A stretch of DNA of 64,000 nucleotides from the human T2T-CHM13v2.0 reference genome, Homo sapiens, in the NCBI RefSeq assembly GCF_009914755.1, contig NC_060925.1. The stretch is one strand, 5' to 3'. The notes under the pieces were generated by a model that saw only the letters and a program-made list of their open reading frames with translations, ran no database searches and was not told the origin of the DNA. The position numbers and the translations under genes are program-made. How positions within the stretch are numbered: position 1 is the first letter of the stretch; each line of letters starts with the position of its first letter. This document shows positions 1 to 16,792 of this stretch, piece by piece.

Positions 1-166
1 AGGAGGGTTTGCTGAGGTCCTGAAGACACCCTTAAAACAAATATGTAAGATTAAAAGGAAACTGCTAACTTTCCAAGTTCCAAATTCTACCAACTTTGTT
101 GTCTTCCCTATTATTCCCATTGCTAATGTGAGCCTACACACTGATACCCAAGCCTAAACTGTAAAA

Positions 167-343
167 CAGTGGTTCTTACCTGGAGGCAATTTTGCTCCCA
201 ACTATCCCCTAACCCCCAACCCCCTACCCCTTATTCTCAGGACACATTTATCAGTGTCTGGAGACATTGCTGGTGATCAGACACCTGCACAACAAAGAAT
301 TATCTGGCCCAAAATGTCAATAGTGCTGAGGTTAATAAATCCT
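167..343 (+). mobile_element. MER20-like hAT-Charlie non-autonomous DNA transposon
   Basis: CAGTGGTTCT start; ...ACAACAAAGAATTATCTGGCCCAAAATGTCAATAGTGCTGAGG resembles the MER20 consensus. Confidence 0.75.
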
Positions 344-522
344 GCCTTAAAACAATATTTTATTTGTTTGCAAGTTACAATGATATTGAATTGTACAAAC
401 TCTCCAACTCTTAGTTTCTCATCATTCTTCTGTCTTTCATCTGAATTCCTAAAATCACACTCTCAAATTTCTTGAACTCTTCATTCAGAGTTATCCTGTA
501 AATAGTTACGTAATATCCTTGA

Positions 523-1046
<524 letters not shown>

Positions 1047-1396
1047 GATCCTACTTTCTACTTACGTATCTAAATTTTGTTATATATGGACCTCCACCTC
1101 TTACAAGACATGAAACAGCTCATAAGTTTGAAATCATAGTTTTAAAAAGCTATGTACTCTTCCCATGAAAGCCTCCAAACTGTTAAGGCAAAGCTTCAGA
1201 TTCAAGTTTCTTTTGGTTTCTCTTCACTCCAGCATGTGATCTGGAAATTATTTCTTCCTATAGATGGTAGTGGAAGAGGAGGTGGTAGTAGAAGGCACAC
1301 TTCCCTCTCTATATTATTTCCTTAAAATTACTGCATTTTCTTCCTCAGGATCCTGGTCAGACATGGACTGTTAGATCTTAAAGGGACCTTACCAGC

Positions 1397-1905
1397 CTGT
1401 GGTGAATATAGCAAACTGCTTGACTCAACCTCCACCCTGTCACCTCCTGGTCTGCTTCCTGTACTGTGAGTGCTGGAAAGTTCAACATTTCATTTCTCAA
1501 GCTTTCCTTGCAAGCAAGGTCTTACATACACTTAGGTTCTGCCATTTACATGCACAAGTGAGATTTGAATAGTGGAAGCAAGGCAGAGGCTGCCTTCCTG
1601 TCCCATTTGCTGTTGTTGCTGGTAAGCAAGATTGAGGACAGAGGGCATGTACTGTGGTAGTGTCTGTCCCTAGCTTCCTGGCATCAAGAGGTGGTGGAGG
1701 CAGCAGAGGATGTGGATCCTTGGGTAGCAGGCATGGCGGCGTGTCTTTGAACTCAGCAGTTCCAGTAGTGGCTTTCTGGAGGCCCATCCTAGAATCCCGT
1801 CCTCCCACCCTTTCAATCACTTTGTATTACTTCATTTTCTGTATTGCATTTCTGTGTGCTTATAATAACCAACTTTCTGTATTCTGCATAGAACACTGCC
1901 TCTAC
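1397..1905 (+). mobile_element. Old ERVL-class solo LTR (LTR33/LTR16-like)
   Basis: TGTGGTGAATA start; CATTTCATTTTCTCAAGCTTTCCTTGCAAGC motif; LTR33-like 3' end. Confidence 0.5.
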
Positions 1906-2904
1906 GAGGTCATAAACAATGAAGAAATTCCTGTCTTGCTTGCCACTAACCTAGGTGCAGAACTGAGGGCCCCAACAGTAGTGGAGAGTGGGAGATAATG
2001 AAGGGAAAACCAAGCCAGGAAGTGGCAGGGCCAGGGGAAGGGAGTATGCTGTTACATGTGCTGTTACACTTGGTTGTGGGGAGAACTCAGAGAGGCTTTC
2101 CAAATATATACAAGGATGTCATCATGTTTACTGGAATGTAAAATGTTCATAGTGCCTAGGCTTGTCATTAAAAACAAGAATGGGCTTGGACTACATAATG
2201 AGCAGAAATACCTATTAATCTAAGTCCTCGTCTGGAAAAAGTGTAGAGGAGGTGGGCACCACTTATTAAATGTATCTTATGTTTTATAAACCAGCTGACA
2301 AAGTGATAAAAGTAAGGTGTAAGATTGTGCACAAAAAGCTTGTATTTGCATAAAATCAAACCTCAGGTTTTCTGGCTATGGATTATACCCATTGCTGAGA
2401 AGTTTAATTTACCAGTTGTTTACAGCATGTTATTCAAATAACCTATAAGTTGCCGGCACAGCAATGTATTGCATTTCTAGGACATACTGTAGATTCTTGC
2501 AACTGTTGTTCAGTGTAAATTCTACTTTACAGTATCTGAAAATTGCCTACAGTTCTGTACCCAGTTTGGACATGACTATCTGGCAAAAGAAATAAGCTGG
2601 AGAGTTGAAGAAGGACAATTAGACTTTTTGGAAAAGCTGAAAATTAAAAGGTGAAGTGCTGTGTTGGACAAAAGCAAGACCACCAAGGCCACTTGGAGAA
2701 GAGCGGAGTGGCCTTGGACTCTGGATAAGCTGGGAAACATCCTCCCAGTGTTTTCTGCAAGTGTTCATTCCTGCCCATCTGTTCTGTGCAATACATAAGT
2801 GCCCCACTTATGTTGTTTGCACAGAACCTACTCTGTGGTGAAATGCCAGGTTCTGGCTGCATGCTTTCCCAACAGTCCCTTCTTCTGTCACTCCAGAGTT
2901 GGGT

Positions 2905-3515
2905 GTGTGTCAGGGGTCCCCAGGCGCTCAAGGTTTCATTGACAATTCATTAGAGAGATTCACAGGACTCAGAAAGCTGTTGTACTGATGGTTACAGGTT
3001 ATTCCAGCAAAAGGATATAGATTAAAATTAGCAAAGGGAAAAGATACATGGGGCAAAGTCCAGGAGAAACCAGGTGCAAGCTTCCAGATGTTCCCTCCCA
3101 ATAGAGCTGCACAGGATGTATTTAATCCTCTCAGCCTCAGTGTGTGATAACACATATAAAGTGTTGCCAACTAAGGAAGCTCACCCAAGCCTTGGTGTCT
3201 AGAGTTTTTATTGGGGATCTGTCATGTAGGCATGCTGTACCTGTGTGACTGGTTTCAGCTACTCAGACTCCAGCACTCCTAGACCAAAAGCAGGTGTTTG
3301 CCACAAGTCACATTGTTAGCACAATCTGATCCAACTGGTAACATGTGACCCAAGGCCTCAAGCAAACAAAATGTCCCTTATCAGGCAGAATATCCAGGGA
3401 CTCAGAGCTTATCTCCCGGAAACTGGCCAAGGGCCATTGCGGAAATCAGGCCTTTCTTGGGAATGTATAGGGTTTGAGCAACTCAGATCTCCTGAGCTAA
3501 CACTTTCCTTCCCAG
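2905..3515. mobile_element. MER21-like LTR
   Basis: GGACTCAGAAAGCTGTT...GATTAAAATTAGCAAAGGGAAAAG...GTCCAGGAGAAACCAGGTGCAAGCTTCCAG resembles MER21B/C. Confidence 0.7.
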
Positions 3516-3769
3516 CAAGAAGGGGTAGTTTGGAGGCAGAGGGACTTTTTCTGGCCAGTGGCCTCAGGACTGAAGCCTTTCTGCATAGAGACTCAGCTCC
3601 CCACAATAGCAGTGTTTTGGTAACCATGAGCATTTGGTCAGACCATCTGTGCTGGGCATAAGGGTTGATAGTGTCCACACTACCTATGCTACTGCTGAGA
3701 GTGGGAAACCTGCTGGGGGATTCCTTCAAGGATGAGTCATCCTCAAGGGGCCTCAACCCTTTGTCCCCA

Positions 3770-4140
3770 CCGAGCATCACTCCTAAGTGCTACCCATTTC
3801 ACCCTTAAACATTACTCAGACCTGCCCTTCCTCTGAGCCTCTGCCAGCATTACCTAGTCCAGATCAACGTCATCCTTCACTTGTACCATTGCAGCAGGCT
3901 CCTCCCCAGCCTCCTGGCCCACTGTCATCCCACTACAGTCAGAGTGAGCTTTAATGAAGCTAAGTCTCCCCTTCAGTGGCTCCCCATGGCCTGTAGGATG
4001 AAATCCAAGCTCCATGACTCTGAATGGAACATTCTCTTGCCCCTACTCCAGCCTCTTGTCTCCTCTGCCTCTCAAGATTGCCTTTGACAATCCAAATTGC
4101 TTGTAGATCTCAGTATAGAGCTTGTTGTTTCTGTCTGTTG
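3770..4140 (-). mobile_element. L2 fragment, continuing at ~5476-5800 after the Ricksha insertion
   Basis: CTTCAGTGGCTCCCCATGGCCTGTAGGATGAAATCCAAGCTCC is typical L2; L2 3'-end motif at ~5730-5795. Confidence 0.6.
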
Positions 4141-4152
4141 TTTCTTTGCACC

Positions 4153-5474
<1,322 letters not shown>

Positions 5475-5964
5475 CTTTGCAACAGTCCTACTGCCTGGAA
5501 CATTGCTCTCTTCTCACTTCCTTGCCTTAGCCTAGCCACCCTCTACTCCTGGACTGAGCTCAGGTATCACCTTAGGAAGTCTTCTCCAACTCCCTTCCTT
5601 AGCCCCACAAGCCAGGTTAGCTGCTTTCCTCCTCTGTGCATTATAATTATCTGTTCACTTGCCTGCCTTCACTTCTAGAATAGTCTCCTTGAAGACAGAC
5701 ATGGTGTCTTATTAGTTTTTTTTTATCCCAAATAGCTAGCACAATGCCCGCACAGAGCAGGTGCTCAGCAATTGTTTAGTGTATGAATAAATGAAAGGGT
5801 AAATTAATAAATGCATTAGTAGACATGAGAATGAATCCAATTTGAGCCAGACTTGTCTTGGCTGCTTTTTGAGAAGTCTGTCTTCCTCTTAGGCAGTTTC
5901 TTGCACTGTCATAGTCTTCTCTGCCTAAGTCTTCCTCTTAGGCAGTTTCTTGCACTGTCATAAG

Positions 5965-7080
5965 CATAGACTCTGGGTGTGTATCTCAATTCTGCTTAGT
6001 ATGTGAACCCAGGCTAGTTACCTAATCTGTCTAAATCTCGGTTATCTTAGAGTACAGCAGGGACCCTAATCATGAGGTTATTGTTAATATTCAGTGAGAT
6101 GAGGTCTATGAAGTGCCTAGTGCAGTGCCTGCCATATGATGAGCGCTTCAGATAGGGAAGTGTTTTTATTGCCCCTAATTGATTTGCTTCTACATCTTGT
6201 CTGGTCTCCCACCTGGACCAACTGGAAAAGCCTTCATGGCTATAATCTTCTGAATCTTCAAGTCTCATATTCAGTGGATAGCAAAATGCCCCTTTCTCCT
6301 GAGATTGGGATTTTGGTGGAAGGTAGGGGAGCTAAGTTCCCAAGACAAGGGTCTGCTGGCATTGTTTACTAGATCCCCTAACCACTTGCTTCCTTTGACC
6401 CCAGGAGCTAACTGGTCACCAGGTCCTCTGATTCTGCCACCTCAGATTTCTAACTCCAGTTCTCATTGCCATTGTTAGTAAACTTTACAATTTAGGGACA
6501 AGGGACTAAACCACTGAGACCATGGCCTCTCCTACTATGTCATCCCTAACCATTTATTTTGCTTCTAGCCCATTCTCAAACTACTGTCCAAGTCCACCAT
6601 CCTCATGGGGTGATTATGAAGGCTAAGTGAATGCCTGTGAAGTGTTTAGCACGATGCCTAGATTATAGTGAGTACTCAATAAATGGTCACTATCATCAGA
6701 TCTGATACCATTCCTCTGCTTAGAAGCTTCCACTGGTCCACAACTGTCTATGGAATGAAGTTCAAATTCCTGAGCACAGCATTGAAGGCCCTTGATGATC
6801 AGAACTCCACCTACACTGAACTTTTCCAGCTCTGTCCCCATCTTACATTGTTCTCACTTGGAATGCCTTTTTCCCACCTTGTCTGTTGAAACCTGCCCAC
6901 AGAAGCCCAGTGTGAATACCATTTCCGTGAAGCATTTCTTGATTCACTTAGTTGTAATTAATCATCTTTTCTCTTGGGATCCCACAGAGTTTAATTTATA
7001 TTTCCACACTACCTCTTTTTGCCCTTTTTGTATACTAATTCGGCTATTGAACTTCTTATCCCTCCTCCTACTAGAGAATA
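5965..7080. mobile_element. MIR and L2 fragments
   Basis: MIR core remnants (~5965-6140, ~6605-6695); L2 motifs such as GAATGAAGTTCAAATTCCTGAGCACAGCATTGAAGGCCCTT. Confidence 0.55.
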
Positions 7081-8376
7081 AATTCATGGTGCAAACAAAC
7101 ATTGGCTACAGGCATCTTGGCAATCAGCAATAGAAAATATGTGGGTGGGACAGACCAAGCCTACAAAATAGAGCTGCCAGAAAGCCTTTTGGAGTAGACT
7201 TAGAGAGAGCGTGTGAGGCTAGCATGCCAAGGAGAAGCTTATCAGAGTCACAGTGATCAAGCCTAAGCTAAGGGCTGGAGATGACTGGTAGTCAGTAGTC
7301 TTGCAAAGATGTCTGCTCTCCAAAGAGAATGTGGACTTTATTTGAATGGAGACTGACCTACGATTAACTGGCACCATCTCTTTATGGGTCATATTGTCTC
7401 AGGGACACAATAATAAATAATAAATTCATGGTGCAAACAAATGTTGACTACAGGCCTGTGCTTGTGTCCACCTCTCACAAGTAGTTAACAGAGCTGAGCA
7501 CAGGCTCCAACTCTTTGCATTATCTGCATTATCCCAAGCCAGGTGAAAAACAGGGTTAGAGACAGGCAAGACCTCTAACTATGCACCCAGAAACTTAGCA
7601 TGGGAGGGAACAGGATTCTTCTGCAGGTGGTTCTGAGGGTAGTCTGGTCCTTTGGCCTGTGAAGGACAAGGGAGGGAGGAGCTTGAGGCAAAGGCAAACT
7701 TGTCCCCCAACTTGTATTCTGTCATAATTCCTTCTCAGACACAAAATTTTCTAGTTTTCCCTCATTGCTGCTGGTCTTTTCCCTCCCCTTTCTTGTTATT
7801 CTTTTTCTCCTTTTTTTATTCTCCTTCCCTCCCATATCTGGGTCACGTTAGGTCATCTTGTCCTTAGTAATTCTTCCAATGCCCAGACTGACAGCCTCTT
7901 GGTTCCAGGCAAATGTTTACAACCATGATTCATTTTCCCAGAATAAACACGCAGTAATTCACAATGACAAATATCAAGAAAGTTCAGTAGGATGGGGTGG
8001 TTTTCAAATCACAGCATTCAGGAATGAAGGCTTTGGGACCTTGTGCTAACTGCCTCCACACTCTATCATCATGAGTGGAATAGAAACACAAAAGTGTACC
8101 GTTTCAGTAGTTTGGCTTTGAATAATCTCCAAAACAAAGTAGCACTCTATTTAGCCTTGGGTGAACACTTTCCTGGAAAGCTAATACCCAAGATGCTCCA
8201 TGAGGGCCAGGGGTGAGAGGCTGGGAGATATGAGGATGCTTGTCATATTGCGATTTTCCTTTATTCATGGGGAAAGCTGTCCTTCTGCTCTCTCCAGCTC
8301 TTTTTACTTTTATTTCATGATCACCATAATCACCAAGCACTCTTCAAATTACAATTCACTTGTAGGCTCACCATAG

Positions 8377-8720
<344 letters not shown>

Positions 8721-10602
8721 CCTTAATAATCGTCTTTCTTGTGGAAAATTTAAAACTTGGAATGTAACTTGGGAGAAACGGGGAAAATGATAAAAAACTA
8801 GAGATCGCACTCTGTACTCTATTACTTGTTCCCCAAACCCCAACTCTATTCACCACCCACATATTTTTAATCCAAATATGTAAAGGGACAGCCCTAAAGG
8901 ATAAAAAATAAAAGGCATAAAAGGGCAACCTGTGGCCAGAGGGAAGCAGGTGGAAGTGGGGAGAGGCTTTGCTGGGAGGTCATGGAAGGATTTAGGCACT
9001 GGTTGTGTAATTGAGGCTGGGGCCTTTTCTAACACTAACTGAGGGCGCCTCGTCCTTTTACACCATCATCTATTAAATAATTCCCCAAATCACCACTTGT
9101 GATTGTAGACTGAATTCAGTAAACTCACTTCAGAAATTTACAGCCTACTTATTTTCCCCTAGTATACATGAGCAATCCAATTAAATCCTGGAACTTAATA
9201 AAAAGAAAAAAAAGTCCTTGGAGTACAGGGATTAGATGAAAAAGATAGAAAGACACTCATTGTGTAGTTCTTGTTTCTCCACCCTCAATCCATCTTGTTC
9301 TTCCTAGGGTGGGGAATTATTGCACATTAATTGGTGTGCAACTTCCTGTCCGCTGTTCAGGGGAAAAACCTCCGAAACAAGGTTGGGTTTAAAGGTGCTG
9401 GTCCGGTGAAGGCAATTTAAGTGGCAGCAGCCCAAGTTTGAGAACAGGGCTCAGATCTTTAAGGGTGCCTACTTCCCACAACTGTCCATTAAATAATCAT
9501 TTTACTGTGGTCTGGCTTCCCCAAGGCTGTTATATCAGAAGTAGGAGGCTGATCGTTAGCTGGGTATTATCTTCTAATATCCAGGCAGAAGAGATGTCTA
9601 ATTACTACTCAATTACTTTCTCCTACTTAAGGAAATAAGTTAATAAATAAAATATTTATCTTGAAGTTTAGCAATATACAGCTATCTTTTAATTTATGAT
9701 ATACTATAATTATTAAAATATTTTTACCTGGATGTTATATGCAAATAGCTAAGAAATCAGATAGTACAAAGGGTGTCTATAATAAAATACCACAGGCTCT
9801 TACCTCGCTACCCAAGTCTGCTCTCTGAGGGGCAACTACTTTCAATTGTTTTTGTGTTGAATTCTTAGAGTGGTTCCTTCCATATTTCTAAATTATAGGA
9901 GTATCACATTAGACGTTACCTGTTAACTTCTGTCAAGGTGGACGATGCTTTAGTTCTATACACCTTCCTGGCCTTTCTTCCTCCCTACAATTTAGTTATA
10001 TAACTATTTTTTTATTTCTCTACCTTTAGTAAAAATACATAAACCCCTCATTTTTGTTTTGTAAACTCTGATTTCTTACTTTGTAAGTTGAGGATATTAA
10101 AATCCCTATACTTCTTTCCACCCCTTCTGCTCTCCTTCTATCCCTCAACTGCAATCAGCTACACTTTTTTTTAACCTTGATAAGATTGATAACATTCTGT
10201 TTTGTAACTACTATTAAGTATGCTATTTGTCTATAGCTTTATTCTAAAAGTCAAAAACTAATAAACAAAAGAGATGAATAAATGAAGAAAATACATGTTC
10301 TTGAAAAGGAAGACTGAACATCTTTTTTTCCTAAATTTATAAACCCAATGTAATACAATAAAAAATACCACCAGGATTTTTTTTTCTTTTTCTGTATCTA
10401 CACAAGTTGATTATAAAGTCCTTTTGGAGGGAGAATAAACAATAATTGATAGAAAACCTTTGAGAACAGTAGTGGGACCAGGGTCTAGACCTACTAGATA
10501 TTAAGGCATATTAAAAGCTCCTCTGAGCCATAATGAAAACAGGATGGCATTTGCCCATGACTAGACAGACAGAACAATGAAACAAACTTTCTGAAAATGT
10601 AG

Positions 10603-10931
<329 letters not shown>

Positions 10932-12652
10932 GGACAGAAAATTTAGTATATGACTAAGGGAAAAGTTCTGTTATTAGGTACATGCACAGTCAAGATTGTT
11001 ATGTCTTCTTGAGAAATTGATCCTCTTACTATTACAAAATGTTCCTCTTTATCTCTGGCACTACTTCTTGCCTTAAAGTCTACTTTGTCTGATATTAATA
11101 CAGCCACATCAGATTTTTTATGATTACTGTGTGCATAATATATCTTTTTTCATCCTTTTACTTTTAGCCTATTGGGACTTTGAATTCAAAGTGCATCTGT
11201 CCTTGATTTTCTCATTATTTGGGCTAGGAGAGTGTTGAATACAATTTTAGATATTTCTGGTTCACCTTCGAATTTGACTCTGATAAGTGTCCAGAATCCA
11301 ATCACTATGAGAAGGCATGGAACTACGTGATTTCTCTGCTTATTAGCCCCTCCTCTGCTGCTATTTTCGCAGAAAAGCCTGGGGTTTCCTACTTCTAGGA
11401 ATTTGCCCTACATATACACTAACAAAAATACCAAAAGACGTATGCACAAGATTTTATATTGCAGTACTATTTATAATAGTAAAAGACTAATAACACCCTA
11501 AACGTCCATCCATAGGAAACTTGTCTTATTAGCTATGATACATCTACACAACAGAGTACTGTGCAGCTGCAAAAAAGTAATTACCTAGGAATGAAATGAT
11601 TGACTTGTGTGATACATATATATTTAACTTTTAAATAAAATGATATGTCCATACAAGTACTGACACATGAATGTTCATAGCAGCTTCATGTGTTAGAGTC
11701 AAAAGCTGGAGACAATCCAAATATCCAAAAATTGGTGAATGAGTAACTAATTGTGGTATATCCATTCAATGTGATACTACTCAGGAATAAAATGAAACAA
11801 ACTACTGATACATAGATAAATCTTAAAATCATTGTGCTTAGTGAAAGAAGCCAGAAATAAAAGAATATATTCTATTATTCCATTTACATAAAGTTCTAGA
11901 TTATGAAATTTAATCTATGGTGACAGTAAGCTGATCAGAGATTGGAAATGGGTAGATGGAGAAATAAATTATAAATAAGTGCAAGGAAATTTCTGGAAGT
12001 AATAGAAATGTTTGTCATCTTAGTTTTGGTGTATGCACATGTCAAAAGAGATCAAATTGTATACTTTAAATACCTGTAGTTTATTGTCTTTCAGTGATAC
12101 CTCATTAGACTTGGGCAAAAAATATTTTTAAAGGGAATCTGAATATTTCTACCTGTTGTTATGGAGTGATTTTCAGGATATACTAAATGAAAACACAACA
12201 TGAAGATAAATACATATAGTATGCCACCATTTATCTAAGAAAGTAAGAGATATTAATATACACAAGTATGTGGGAAGGTGTGCATATATATCTGTATATA
12301 TACACATACATATGTACATATGCACATACACATATATGTGCAGATATGTGTGTATACGTATACACACACTTATTTGCAGAATAAAAAAAGAACAAACCAT
12401 GAAAACAAGTTTCTATATAGAGAGAGGAAACAGAGTGGAGCGGGTCATGGGAATAAAAATTCTTAAAATATACCTAATTCTATAGATATGGCCTTTGAAA
12501 TATATTCTAAAATAATTCTAAAATAAACTCTATATTCTAACATAATTCTAAAATAAAACTAAATTTAAAAAAGCAAAAGTGAAACAAATAAGTCCAGTTG
12601 GTAGCATTACCACACAGAGAGAAACTATTTCAAGTAACTGTAAAATACAATA

Positions 12653-12960
12653 GGCTGGGTGCAGTGACTAACACCTGTAATCCCAGAACTTTGGGAGGCC
12701 AAGGCTGGCGGAACGCTTGAGCCTTGGAGTTAAAGACCAGCCTACGCAACATAATGAAACTTCATCTTTATAAAATATAGAAAAAATTAGCCGGGTGTGG
12801 TGGCATGTGCCTGTAGTCCCAGCCACTCAGGAGGCTGAGGTGGGAGGATCGTTTGAGTCTGCGGAGGTCAAAGCTGCAGTGAGCTGTAATGGCACCACTG
12901 TGCTCCAGCCTGGGCTACAGAGCAAGAACCTGTCACCAAAATAAAATAAAATAAAATAAA
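12653..12960 (+). mobile_element. AluJ-like SINE
   Basis: Alu dimer with (AAAAT)n tail. Confidence 0.9.
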
Positions 12961-15640
12961 TATGACAATTTTATCTAGTAGTATATACTCTAAGACAAAA
13001 AGGGCTGTCAGAAAAAAAAATCTTAGACTGTTTCAGTTATCATATTTTTTACAGTAATATTGTTTCTGTTATTCTGTTATTCTTAAGACTGTGTTTTTAT
13101 GTAGGATAAGGCAAATAAAAAAGGAATCATATTGGTGTCATTGAGAACTGATATATTCAGCATGAAAGAAAGGAGATAGAGATATAAAATCAAAAGAAGG
13201 CAACTAAAAGCCCTGTAATCTTGACTTTGAATTGAAAGTTATAATTTATCCTAAAGCAAAACAAGGAATCAAAAATATTTCCTAGCTCTTTACATTGAAA
13301 AGATTTGGTAGCAACAGCCAAGCTAGTAGCAATGAGGACCCCTATTCACAGATTGTGGTTTATAAGCACCACTGTGCACTAAAAAGAACTAGGGTACCTT
13401 GGAGAAATGGCTGATTCACGATCTGAGGAAGGAAATGTATAAAACAAACTTGGAACATCTTGTCATATCAAAAGCAAGAATATTATGAAACACTACTGAG
13501 ATCATGTTGAAAAGACCTAGAAGCCAACCTGAAAAGGCTGTCATTGGCCAAGAATGGGGCAATTTAAGTATTAATAAGGATAATAACTGCAATGGATGGA
13601 AACACATCATCTACTTTAAAACCATGATTTTATAACACATAGAAAACATTTAAAAATCTTATTAGTCACCTTTGGAAGATGCTAGAGAATCAACTCATTA
13701 ATGAAAACTGGTAAATTAATGTAAAGAAACAACAACTGATCCTGTCTTTCCTATTTGTTGAGCTGTACCTAAGGTTAACCAAATGGTTGATGACAGGAAG
13801 TTTATCTTCATAAAGTGTCCCAAATAATAGATGAAGAAAGAATAATAGAATTAGAAAAACAATTTATAACTGCTAATGAATTAATGAACCTAAGCCATGG
13901 TCATCAGTGGCTGCTAATATCAAAAAAAGAGAACCAACTAGACATCATGAGCCTTCTGATAGAAACACATACCACTGCCTATGAAGCAGATTTGCCAACA
14001 ATTGAAAACTGAATTTGGTCAAGCTTCTAGATCTACTTACCAATTTATAGAAAATGCAAAATCCCAACAATGGGGATTTAATTAGAAAAATCCAGACTGT
14101 GAGAAACTCAATAGAGAAAACTATTTGGTTTCTACAAAAAAAAAAAATACATAAATAAAAATAAATGCAAAGAAGAAGAAGAAATATCCTATGGATTAAA
14201 AGGGACTTAGGGGGCATATCAAGCAATGTATAGAGTTTGAAAAACTATCATTTAGAGCTAAATACTAAACTATTTGTGGATTTCATGATATAATGACTTA
14301 GAATATATTTCCAAATAATACAGGGAGTGGGGAGTATAAATGAAAGAAAATTGACCATGAGATGGATCAGCATTGAGGCTGGGTAATAGGCATAAGGAGT
14401 TCATTGCACTGTACAATATGTTTATATGTGTTCAAAATTTTTCAGAATAAAAAGTGAAAAACAAACTACAAACCACATTTACAGTTTATGACCATGCAAA
14501 TATTCAATGCAAAGTGGCATAGTGTACTATGGTCCCAAAGTCCCAAACTCTGTGCCTCTCAAAAGACATGTTTCTAACATCAAAGCTAAATACTTATTCC
14601 TTTCTTGCAATATTCTAACTGCTAAATATTTTGTTACATTTTGGTGTTTCACATCTGGACTATGCCCTTCTAACGCATTTTACCTTTGAGAATAGATTCC
14701 TGTTTTCTACTTGAAGCCCACTAACTGCTCATATTTGGATGGCTGCTTTATATTTTTAACTTTAACATTTGTATGAAGCTTTGTATTTTTCCTGATGTTT
14801 CTAGTGACCTTTCCAATTTCTTTTGCATGCCTTCAAGTTTATTTTTCCACAGACCTCAAGTATATAGAATCCCTCTGATAATGAGGGACCTCCATCCTAA
14901 TACCTTCTCTCTCTGCTCCAAACTAGACCATTTTCTTTCTAGATTAGTTATGCCATTATCATCCTGGGACTTTGCTTCTTTGCTCTCCTAAACAGCATTC
15001 ACTCTTTTTTGGCTTTCATAATATCTTGGTTTTGCTGTGGCTGTTTAAGCCCTTATTTTTCTTGCAGTATGTATTCAAATAATGTACTAAAAAAGGGCAT
15101 GTGAAAGGCAAATGTCCTGAGGCTTTGCTTGTTTAAAAAAGGTTTTATTTTTGTCATCACAATTGATTGATAACTTTGCTGGGTATACAATTCCAATTTC
15201 AAAATCATTTTTCTCTCAACCCTTTGAAGATACCGCTTCATTTTCTTTTGGCATAATACGTTGCTGATAGCAATACAAATCATGTTCTTTTATAGGATAC
15301 CTTTTTTTTTCTTCCTGAAAACTCAGAATTTTCTGTGTATCTTTGAAGATCTAAAATTTCCTAATAATGTGCATACTGAAGTATCCTTTTCTTTATAAAA
15401 ATTTTTATTGTGTTACTTCTTTATAATATTCTCCCCTCCATTGATTTCATTTTCTCTTTCTAGAATTACTATTTTTGATCTTCAGATGTTAATATCCATG
15501 ATTTATGTTTTCTCTTATATTTTTCATATTTTTGTTCAATGTTGTGAAAGATTTTCCTGTCTTTATTTTCTAACTCTTCTAGTTTTTCTGCATGAATTAT
15601 GTTGTTTTACTCTAAAAAGTTATATTGATCTCTGATTTTA

Positions 15641-16018
<378 letters not shown>

Positions 16019-16094
16019 CTACTCAGTTACTTTAATAGTTTTCTATTTTCTGAATTATCTTTCTTAATTCTAGTGTCAAATGTACTTATCTTAA

Positions 16095-16276
16095 GACTGA
16101 CATCAGCAAGATGGCATAATAGGACTTTCTAGTGCTCATCCCCTCACAAAAACATCAATTTGAACAACCATTCATGCACAAAAGTATCTTCCTAAGACCT
16201 AAGGAATCCAGGTAAGTGACTATAGCACCTAAGTGAAGCACAAAGTAAAGACTCATTGATAAGGGTAGGAAGGACA
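16095..16276 (+). mobile_element. Isolated 5' end of an old L1 (L1PB/L1MA-type 5'UTR start)
   Basis: GACATCAGCAAGATGGC (YY1 site) start, abutting minus-strand L1 3' sequence from ~16277. Confidence 0.55.
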
Positions 16277-16792
16277 ATGCCAAATTATTTTCCAAAATAG
16301 CTGGGCCATTTTACATTCCCACCAGCAATGTATGAGAGTTCCAATTGTTCAACATCTTTGCCAGACCTTGGTATCATAAGTTTTTTTTTTTAAGTTAATC
16401 TAACAGTAGTAAAGTGATATCTTATCATGGATTTAATTTGCATTTCCCTATTACTAATAATATTGAGCAACTCTACATGTGCTATTTGCCATTTATATCT
16501 TTTCTTTAGTGAAGTGGTTGTTTAAATCTTGTGCCTCATTTTTAATTGAATTGTGTGTTATCTTATTGTTGAGTTTTGAGAACTTTTTGTTTTCTAGACA
16601 CACTCTAAACACCATTTTGAACACTTTTTTCCTTCAAAAGTCCCTTGAAGAAAGTACTATTATTATACCTATTTTATAGATGATGAAATCAAAGAAGAGA
16701 AAAGTAACTTATTCAAATCTTGTGACCAGAAAGTAGTGTCAGCACTGGGATTTGAAACCAGGCATTCTAATTCTAGGGCTCTTCCTCTACAC

